A DNA stretch of 64,000 bases from a virus, in the IMG/VR virus record IMGVR_UViG_3300048590_000661, positions 60,599 to 124,598 of that record; one strand, given 5' to 3'. Within the stretch, counting starts at the first letter, position 1, and each line of letters begins with the position of its first letter. The notes beneath the pieces were generated by a model, which did no database searches, was not told where the DNA came from, and worked only from the letters and a program-made list of their open reading frames with translations. The position numbers and the translations under genes are program-made. Positions 55,519 through 64,000 of this stretch are shown here, one piece after another.

Positions 55519-56071
55519 TTTAGATGAAGTAATTAAAGATGTAGCACATAATATGAATACTAATACCACTGTTATGTTCGTGGTGAATAATAACGAATAC
55601 CTTGTGACTTCTGACCATTACAGAATTTCGCTATTTCATATTAAAGACGGTACAAAAGTTTTAATCATGTGTATTAATACTCACAATAGTAAAGCAGAAA
55701 TTGACTTTAGTTATATTTACGATGGACTTGTAGCATCAAAATTAATGGCAGAAATATTTAAGTAATAGGAGAAAAAATAACATGAGTCAAAGTTTAGATC
55801 AAATTCAAAAAGATAATAAAGACCATTTTGATGTAATAGAGCGAGTTGCAGATAAGGCAAAAGAGGCCCAACAAGCAGTAGATGATTATAAGGCTAAGAA
55901 TACTAATCAAGGAGATAAAACATAATGGGTAATAAATGGGATGAACTGGAAGACCTAAAAGAAGCTAGAAGGCAGCATGAAGAAAATATGCGACGTATTA
56001 GGGAAGCAGAAGAAGCAGCAAAAAGAGCACAAGAACAAATAAAAAACCTGCCAGAAGAAAAACCTAAGTAA
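55490..56071 (+). CDS. Three small proteins (55490-55765, 55782-55925, 55925-56071)
   Basis: The last two were read manually (MSQSLDQIQK..., MGNKWDELED...); both are charged helical peptides with an RBS. Confidence 0.55.
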
Positions 56072-56124
56072 ATAAAATAGCCGTAAATAATATTAACTAG
56101 AAACTAATATTATTTACGGCTATT

Positions 56125-56871
56125 TTATTTACGATATATCTCTAATAATTCATTTCTATATTGATATTCTTTATTCATCCAAGTTTCCAAATCTGATAAA
56201 GTGTTAGTCCCTATATTTGTATATATAGAATGAAAATTTTTATGGCAGTCAAAACATAAAGTGATTAAATTAGCTATTTCAAGTCGCGATTCTAAATACG
56301 TAGCAAAGTCAAAAATGTGATGAACATCTAACCTTACATTATATTGCCCACAATTTTGGCAAGTATTATTATCTCGTTTTTTAATTATAGGGTTAATATA
56401 CGTGCTTAGTTTTATTCTATCTGCAATAGTTTCTGAATTTAACCCCCCTTTCCAATTATGATGTTTGTCACCAGAACGAATTTCACTAAGTACTTCTTTG
56501 TTATAGCAAGTGCATGAAGAAATTTCACCACTTTTTAAATGCGCACCTGAAATAACCTTTTCTTCCCCACAGTCACAAATACATAAATACCGCCATGCGC
56601 CAGATTTAAACTGCGAATGTTTACTAATAACAGTTAATCTACCAAAGTTTTGCCCTCTTAAATCATCAGAATAAGCGCAAGATCGACAACAAAAACTGAT
56701 ATTTTTACTTTGTAAACTAATTAAACTGACATTATATTCCCTATTGCATAACAAACATTCACATGAAAAATATCTTTGTATTCCCCGTTTTTCTATCTCC
56801 TTAATTACTTTCCAGTTTTTAAAAATATCACCTGGGTTAATTTCTAGTTTATTTCTGCCCATCTTTTTCAC
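56125..56871 (-). CDS. Zinc-module HNH endonuclease, family copy 9
   Basis: KKRDNNTCQNC, DVHHIFD, NLITLCFDCH. Confidence 0.9.
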   Translation of the reverse strand: MKKMGRNKLEINPGDIFKNWKVIKEIEKRGIQRYFSCECLLCNREYNVSLISLQSKNISFCCRSCAYSDDLRGQNFGRLTVISKHSQFKSGAWRYLCICDCGEEKVISGAHLKSGEISSCTCYNKEVLSEIRSGDKHHNWKGGLNSETIADRIKLSTYINPIIKKRDNNTCQNCGQYNVRLDVHHIFDFATYLESRLEIANLITLCFDCHKNFHSIYTNIGTNTLSDLETWMNKEYQYRNELLEIYRK

Positions 56872-57007
56872 CTTCTAATTTATCATAAACACGCAACGCC
56901 ATTTCGAAAATTGACGTCTTTGTTACGCCTAATTTTTTAGAATACTTTTCTAAAATTTCTTTTGCCTCTTTTGTTAGTCGCACCGCTGTTTGTTTCTTAT
57001 TCATCAT
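56849..57007 (-). CDS. RHH protein (52 aa, not in ORF track)
   Basis: MMNKKQTAVRLTKEAKEILEKYSKKLGVTKTSIFEMALRVYDKLEGEKDGQK. Confidence 0.8.
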   Translation of the reverse strand: MMNKKQTAVRLTKEAKEILEKYSKKLGVTKTSIFEMALRVYDKLEGEKDGQK

Positions 57008-57543
57008 TATTTTCCTTTATTTTGTTAGTTATATACACCTAACTGATTATACTATATAGTTATACATTATACAAAATTAATGAAAAATTGGTACATTTGT
57101 TCTATTTTTGAAGGTGCCATTTTCACCTTAAAATGGTGATCAAAACTGGCATAGTCTTTTCGCGGAAATCGTGAAAATTAAAATTAAATGAGAAAAAAGT
57201 TTCTCGATATTTCTTCGATAACTTAACACTGTATACCTTTCCAGTAAGAAAATTTGTTCTATTTGCTCGAGGTATGCGCTATTTTCTCGATTACTTTGCT
57301 ATATATCGACCGTTATCGATAAATAACCTGGAAAATACCCTATTAATATAGGTGTAAACGTCCACCATTGCACGAAAATAAGCGCAGTATACATATACAT
57401 CAAAAAAGCATAAAGACAATTGATAAAGCGCTTTATCAACGGCTATATAGAATGTTAGTTATAAGCTTATATAGATAGATAGCGCTGGTCTAGTCTCTAT
57501 AGCAGCACTATCTATATTATAGGGAAAATAGACTTTTTTGTAT

Positions 57544-57609
57544 CGTAGGGTAAACGTATAATTTGCGTAGGGTAAACGTCAAGTTAGATGTAAAAAAGCA
57601 TGATATCAT
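57544..57609 (+). promoter_or_regulatory. 11-bp-phased CGT promoter 4
   Basis: CGT at 57544, 57555, 57566 and 57577; CGTCAA-21 bp-TATCAT. Confidence 0.8.
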
Positions 57610-57659
57610 GTAATTACGAACGAAAACAAGCGAGTGACTAGAAAAACGGAGTATATAAA

Positions 57660-60600
57660 ATGCCGCGAATGCTGACAACTGACGAACAAGATATCTATTT
57701 TGCACTATTAAACGAGGAAGTTAAACCGTTAATTGTAACTTATGCAAAAGGTAAGTTAAGCGATCAAAATTTTCATGAAGCAAGTCTCGCAATACTAAAT
57801 AAAATAGACGACGATATTTTGTATTTTATCATTGCCGAGTATATCCACGCTGCGCAGTTAGTAATTAATACTCCGTTTGATTAATAGGTACGGCAGCACC
57901 AACACAATTTTTTCTCAACTAACACAAGAAAGATAACTAACCATGAATACGATTACACTAGAATTTACACTCGAAGAAATTAACGCAGTACTGGAAGCGC
58001 TTGATATGTTGGGAAGTCTGCGTTTTTACTCTGAAAAGATGCACACGTTAAAAAATCATATCGACGCACAAACAGATTTACGCTCCGCTGCCCAACTACA
58101 ACCCGACCTAACAGAAAAGTTTGCTATTGCGCTTGAATCACTTGCATAATTTTTATATCGTCTTTTAACTTAATCTAACACAAGAAAGATAACTAACCAT
58201 GAATACGCAACCAACCACTAACACAAATAACACTCAACTTTCACAAAATAAGTATAATGTAACTATGGAAAATACAACAGGCAAGCGCGGTCGCAGCACT
58301 TTTAATGGTTCACTAGCTATCGAAAAAATGGTGCCTACTTGTTATGAACCTGTTACACGTATTGCGCAAGATATGGCAAGTATGAACCTGCAAGCATGTT
58401 TCAATTATCCTAGTTCACGGTTTAACGGTAAGATGATTTACGATACTTTCGTCAAACAGTATACTGAAGTTCTAAACCTGTCTGAAGTAGCTACTCAACA
58501 TACCGATATTTTCGGCCACGCTTACAAGGTCCACAAGTTTATGTATACTGGCGAAAATAGCGTCAATGAAGATACAGAGGAAGAAGAAGAAGATAAGGAA
58601 GTAGAATTTCATACTGAAGAGGATGTGAAAGAGAATTTTGAACTTGCAATCGCCAAGCTACTGGAAACAATGCAGGCGAATGATACCTATAAGTTACTTG
58701 CACAGCCTGTAACTGATGCACTTAAAGCAGCGAACAATAGTAGTATTCTATTCGCTACTATGTCGCAATATGGCGCAGTCACAAAGTCACGCAAAACAGC
58801 AGCGGTTGAGCCAAAGGTGTATTATCTATATATCCTAGTTGCTCAAGATCATGACACCCCACGTATTGACGCACGCTTAGCACTTGGCACGAAAGATAAT
58901 TCAGATATCAGTACGGTTATTGCACTATACAAGAATTACATCATGACTGAAGTGTAATATAATAAAAGATAATAAGCTATAGCAGATGTATAGCTTATTA
59001 TCTCACTTAAGCATATAATCGGGCCAATTATCTAGCAAAATAGGCCAAATTTGTTAGCGGATTATATGCTTACGTGAGATAATAAGTATATGCCATAGAA
59101 TAGGTAATAGCGCTATGTACATAACTAAAATTAATAACTTACCAGTTCCCCCTATCTTTGTTACAGACGAACAAGCAATCTATACTATGCTGCATGTAAT
59201 GCAAGCTAAGTCAATTACATGGAAATATAATGGTACACGTCAATTAGAGCATACACTAGAAAGCGAATAATACTTATGATGCATCAAATATTGCAAAGTG
59301 AAAATGTAGAATTAGAACAAGATACCATACAAACGATATCAGAAGAAAGTGAATGTATCTTTTGTGGGTGCGCTCTGTATGTCGGAGATATTGCGTATTA
59401 TGATATTAACGATAATATATACTGTTCTGTAAAATGTGCCCAACTAGATACATAGGATAACTAACGTATGCCATTAGATAACGTATTTTTTACCGACATA
59501 CACGATCTAAATTCTAATAACTATGTACATATAGAATCTAGATCGTGTAATTTAGAGATTGAGTTTATCTCAACACTATTACAGTATATAAGCGAAGGGT
59601 ATAGAATTATCGATGTAGTCAACTATAAGTCTGTTGGTCTATATGTTACTACGCTAGTTAGTAGCCAAACAGATTTACATATTACACTAAAGCTGTGTAC
59701 AAATGGAGTAAAATAACTATGCAAGCTACAATTAATACTACTATCGTATATCCTGTAAAAGCAGACAAGTATAAAAGTTATGCTATCCATAGAATATTAA
59801 TTTTCGATAGTGATAAGCAAACTTTTAAACATGGCAAACAATGGACAGTTACGCACTTAGAAACAGGTTACAACGTAGGGTTACATTTCCCTACTCGCAA
59901 AATTGCACGGCAATTCGTAACAGAATTACAAGCTATTAACCTTACTTTTGAATGGAGTACAATTCTTAACCAGTTTACAGGTAGTCTTACTCCTGAAATT
60001 CAAACCCTACTCAACAAGTATAAACAGAGTAACTAACCATGCACTATTACATCGTACCTATTAACCATCCTACATATACGCATGGAGTATACGCTCAAAA
60101 TAAACTAGTAAGGGATAGTAGGTTAGTTTTTACAGGCAATTTTACAGCTTGCGTACTAGAAAGACTCACACTTACACAATCTAAAGTAATACCACGTATA
60201 CAACCTAAAGCAAAAGGAAATAGGGTAAGATGAGATATACCAGAAAACAGTTAAAAACAGACATAGAACAAGTAAATACTTTTTTATCTGACAAAAATAT
60301 TGATATCGTAGTAATTATAGAAAGTAGGACAACGCATATAAATATTGATATTGCCACAAACGAACAAGCAAAAAGATATACAACTATAGGTCAAATTGCA
60401 AGCGGTACACCTTCGCAATGTATAACAAAAGTGTATGCGTGGTTAGGTAGACAATTCTTATTTAACCGTTTCCCATTTTAACAGGCAAGGTTACACGATA
60501 GCCAACAGTATAGTAGTATATGCCATAATATTATCTATCGTGTAACCTACTGCCCTATATGTCAATTGAGAAAAAGAATAGAATAATGGCAGAGCAAGAA

Positions 60601-61029
60601 TTTTTACAACGTGCGCAACAGATAGCTATAGCGAATAACTTGACGACAGATATTAATACATATAGTGTATTATCTAATGGCTATACTATCTCTTCATTGC
60701 AGACTGATCTATATAATGTACCACTACTAATCGTTACTTACTCCCAAGGTTGGTTAACTACTACACTAGCGCAAGCGATATAACTATACTAAAGATACAA
60801 GGAAGGTATTATGCAATTACGTATGTTAGCTATTAATGGTTCACTAGATAAGTATATATGCGTCAATAATACTGTAATAGGTAGATTGACGCTAGCTTAC
60901 CCAGGTGACTTAGATAAATGGATGATAGCGGATAGCAAAGAAAACTATTTACATACAGGATTCACTACTGCTATGTATGGTAAATCACTAAAACTATGGC
61001 GTATAGGGGTAAAGAATTATATGTCATAA
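57660..61029 (+). CDS. Cluster of probable early/host-takeover hypothetical proteins (57660, 57943, 58199, 59468, 59695, 60039, 60230, 60559, 60811)
   Basis: ORF track; loosely spaced small genes with hairpins between them. Confidence 0.55.
57919..58207 (+). repeat. 33-bp direct repeat spanning the leaders and starts of two unrelated genes
   Basis: CTAACACAAGAAAGATAACTAACCATGAATACG at 57919-57951 and 58175-58207. Confidence 0.9.
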
Positions 61030-61277
61030 CTTAGTCTAGTTGACATAATAACCTAGCTAATACATGAGTATATAGGCTATACGTGCAAGCTTAATCCCAT
61101 TATCTTAATATCTCAAAATGAGATATTATATATTAAATAGGCGGTAACTAACATAAGTAATTACTTATATCTCTTATCTATTTACATATAAGTAATTACT
61201 TATATCACCTATTATCTGTATCGATGGGGTATATTACATATACTCTATTGCACAAAATAACCTAATTATTTACACTG

Positions 61278-61309
61278 CCCTATTAGATATCTAATAGGGT
61301 TTTATTTTG
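61278..61309 (+). terminator. Rho-independent terminator ending the plus-strand arm
   Basis: CCCTATTAGAT/ATCTAATAGGG followed by TTTTATTTT. Confidence 0.65.
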
Positions 61310-61335
61310 CCTACTGGCTAAATTATTTAATTAGG

Positions 61336-61539
61336 TTAATTATACAGTTAGTCTCAACTAAAAAATTATTTAATCCTATTTAATTATATAGTTAACTGGC
61401 GGATTAATACAGGTTAATAGTATAGTTAGCCTAGCTTAATTAATTAGTTAAATAGGGTTAATACTTTAATTAAGCTAGGCTGACTAATTAGTTAATACAG
61501 GTTAAATAATTTTTTAGTTGAGACTAACTGGATAATTAA
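61336..61539. repeat. Nested long inverted repeat (about 200 bp)
   Basis: 29-bp perfect arms at 61345-61373 and 61502-61530; inner 21-bp arms at 61423-61443 and 61466-61486. Confidence 0.9.
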
Positions 61540-62171
61540 TGGCAATTAAATTGATTTTTAGCCGCAACTAAAATTCCTATTAGGCGAGGATAAGGCGCTT
61601 GGGCCTATGGAAAAATTCTAGGTAAAATTTTCTTAATTATAAATCGTGATTTACGAAAATAATTTGGGATAACTATCTCCATATATCGTATGGCAATCGT
61701 AGGAAACAAAATAAGCATATATGTGTTATAATATATTTACTCCATCGACTTGCGTAGTTGAAATAAAAATTCCTACAACGGATGGTAAATAATAATATAG
61801 ATAAACTCGCTAAGTTAGCCCAAAGGGCAAGTATAGCGAAATGAAGCCACGGACTGATGGAAGGCAATCTTCTATCTATCGGTGGTTTTTTTGTGTGGGA
61901 TATTGTGGGATAGAATTTTTAAAAGAGGAATGTTTGTATAGAAAATAGTAAAAGTAATAAAGTTAGTTTTTAACTTTTGGAAAATATGTGTGTGGAAAAA
62001 TATATACACTCACACGAGACGAGGCGATTGTAACGAGGATTTCAATATTAAGTAGTTATACTTATTATAATACCAATACGTTATTGACGTTATCATATTA
62101 TAATAAGTATAATTAATTAATATAACTAGTACAACTAAAGAAGATGACGTTATTATTGCCTACTATACTTA

Positions 62172-62423
62172 TTATACTAATACTCTGTGGTCTAATACTT
62201 TATCCTCTATCATCTTTCTAACTTGTGAATCAGTGAAGACGCGGTATCGCCCAATTTTAAATTTTGGTGCCTCTATCTTATTATCTAGAATTAGCTTCCT
62301 TAGCCAGATAATAGAAATATTAAAGTAATCTGCTAGCTCTTGTGAAGTAATAATCCACTCTGCACCTAACACTTCTGCTACCTTTTCACGGTTTTCTAAA
62401 ACATTTTTTTCACTTAGTCTCAT
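62172..62423 (-). CDS. Xis/MerR-like winged helix DNA-binding protein
   Basis: ITSQELADYFNISIIWLRKLILDNKIEAPKFKIGRYRVFTDSQV; own promoter TTGACT-17-TATAAT at about 62482-62510. Confidence 0.8.
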   Translation of the reverse strand: MRLSEKNVLENREKVAEVLGAEWIITSQELADYFNISIIWLRKLILDNKIEAPKFKIGRYRVFTDSQVRKMIEDKVLDHRVLV

Positions 62424-62579
62424 AATATTTTCTCTTTTCTTGTTAAAATGACGTTATCTACTTATTTCACTGCCTTTACTTATTATACTATAAGATAGCG
62501 ATAAAGTCAAATTGAGCTATAAGTGATTTGTTTATCGCTCAAAATGAAAACTATGCTGTTAAAATTTTCTGGGAATTTT

Positions 62580-62954
62580 TTAGAGGAAACTAAAACTGGT
62601 AGAGGAAAAGTAAAACTCAATTCTATCAATTATTTCATCGGCATTATTAAAACTATTCTTTATCCAAACCTCTGGATTCTTAGCTCCTTTACTTCTGTTA
62701 CAACTTCTACAAGCTATAACAGTATTAGAATACGTTAAGCCTTCAAGTACTGTATAATTATCTTCGTGAATATCATCGGATTCTTTGAGGCTAATATAGT
62801 GATCAAATTCTAGACTATTAGGATATCCTTTTTCTAAAGTTAGTTCTTTAGCGCAATATGCGCAAGAGTTATTGAAATAGTGTAAAAGAAAAGGAAGGTC
62901 TTGGTGGTCTACATAGGATATATTATTAGATTTTCTAGCTTGTCTTTTGTTCAT
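62580..62954 (-). CDS. Small HNH endonuclease (McrA-like core)
   Basis: CAYC...LEFDHYISL...NTVIACRSCNRSKGAK. Confidence 0.85.
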   Translation of the reverse strand: MNKRQARKSNNISYVDHQDLPFLLHYFNNSCAYCAKELTLEKGYPNSLEFDHYISLKESDDIHEDNYTVLEGLTYSNTVIACRSCNRSKGAKNPEVWIKNSFNNADEIIDRIEFYFSSTSFSFL

Positions 62955-64000
62955 ACGTTAATACTATTCTAAGTAAAAGATCATAATATGTATGCCTAGT
63001 TATAAAATTAATCAAAGGCAAAAATGACGGAAGTAATTCTATAAGGCTAGTATTGAAGGTCATTAAGTTATGACTATAATTATATTTCCATACCAATGTG
63101 TCAGCGTCATTAGACATAATAGTAGTTGTTATTGTTTGGTTCTTTAACTCAATACTAAATACTGGTTCTTGCATTGTTCTATAAATATATTTCTTATTAG
63201 TTATTAGCTCTTTAAAAATCTTTTTAACTGTGTATTCGTCAATTACTTTCATATTATGTATCATATTTATCTACTTTCGTATTGTAATAGCCTATTCATT
63301 AGTGGTAAAATATATTCTATTAAAGGCGTATATTCGTATATTTCTATTTCTTTACGCGTTAGATTAATAGTACATAACAATATATCTTTTCTTTTTCCTA
63401 TTAGGTCTACTAAAATATTATTATAGTTATCTAAATCAAACCAAATTACTTTCTTATCATACACTACCGTTATATATTTTTTAGTTTTGAATACTTCATA
63501 ATATAGTTCTACGTCTTCTTTATCCATTAGAGGTTAATATACTTTCTTCTGTTAGGACTATTAGTTCGTTTAGTTTTACGTCTTTAATATTTTTTTCTTT
63601 TAAGTATTCTAATAGGTCAATTATGTTAGAGAATAATTCCAAGTTAGTTTCTATTGTTGTTGGTTTAGAATATATCTCTATTAATTTATTCATTAGTGGT
63701 AGTAGATAAACATATAATTCATGATTACCGTCAAAGTCAATTTCTTTAGTTTCTAGATTAATATTTCCTAAATACATCTTTTGTGGATATTCTGGACTAT
63801 CGAATACTAATGTAATAATAGGAAGTGGTGAATCCATAGTTATATCAATCGCTATTCTTTTATTAGGGTACATTATGGATGCATACTTATACTTAATAAA
63901 ATCTGTAAGTGCTTGTTTTAATTCATTATTCATAAGATAATAATCTTTCTAATAGTGGAATTAAGTAGTTAAATACTTTTTTATCTAAAAAGTTTATAAA
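62935..64000 (-). CDS. Tandem paralogous small proteins (62935-63264, 63267-63527, 63520-63933, plus a partial fourth ending at 63926)
   Basis: Shared KKYI/YKYA, INLxxKEI and (Y/F)(L/I)(L/I)PL motifs. Confidence 0.65.

Larger units (their letters stand above)
56068..57081 (-). mobile_element. RHH-HNH cassette F
   Basis: 28-bp-stem palindrome at 56068-56132, HNH gene, RHH gene, TATAAT promoter upstream. Confidence 0.7.

Noticed and set aside
33451-57081. HNH cassettes as RNA-guided (IscB/HEARO/TnpB-like) elements
   Set aside because: No conserved non-coding block of suitable length flanks the ORFs, no RuvC motifs are present, and 3'-end similarity appears to follow codons. Not fully excluded without an alignment.
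61673-61867. 64-aa minus-strand ORF (and 57517-57705, 62523-62738)
   Set aside because: Atypical composition and overlap with promoters, structured sequence or real genes; probably spurious.
1-64000. Alternative genetic code (stop-codon reassignment)
   Set aside because: Long genes are intact in the standard code and TAA, TAG and TGA all end genes; only one isolated internal stop was noticed.

Overview
A 64-kb segment of an AT-rich, apparently lytic dsDNA bacteriophage genome. No capsid, tail or terminase genes fall in the window. Left arm (1-30.4 kb, minus strand): replication and nucleotide metabolism, including primase N-terminus, DnaB-like helicase, DnaE-type Pol III alpha, RNA ligase, RuvC-like resolvase, SSB, ThyX, Dam- and Dcm-like methyltransferases, a class II ribonucleotide reductase split by a group I intron carrying a LAGLIDADG gene, and a D5-like helicase. 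Right arm (30.6-61 kb, plus strand): small accessory genes, anti-defence candidates (ArdA, NADAR, MazG-like, Hen1-like, nucleotidyltransferases) and tRNA-Ile(UAU). Main observations: (1) nine related zinc-module HNH genes lie on the minus strand, and six of them form a repeated cassette of own promoter, ribbon-helix-helix (RHH) gene, HNH gene and long palindrome, set antisense between plus-strand operons; (2) an HNH gene is enclosed by the two halves of a tRNA-Leu-like structure, in a tmRNA-like layout; (3) four promoters carry CGT motifs phased at 11 bp in place of a -35 box, with a candidate Xis/BldC-like regulator nearby; (4) several secreted proteins carry a Chloroflexota-like YLPxx motif, which hints at the host. 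All product calls come from motif recognition by eye; no database search was run.
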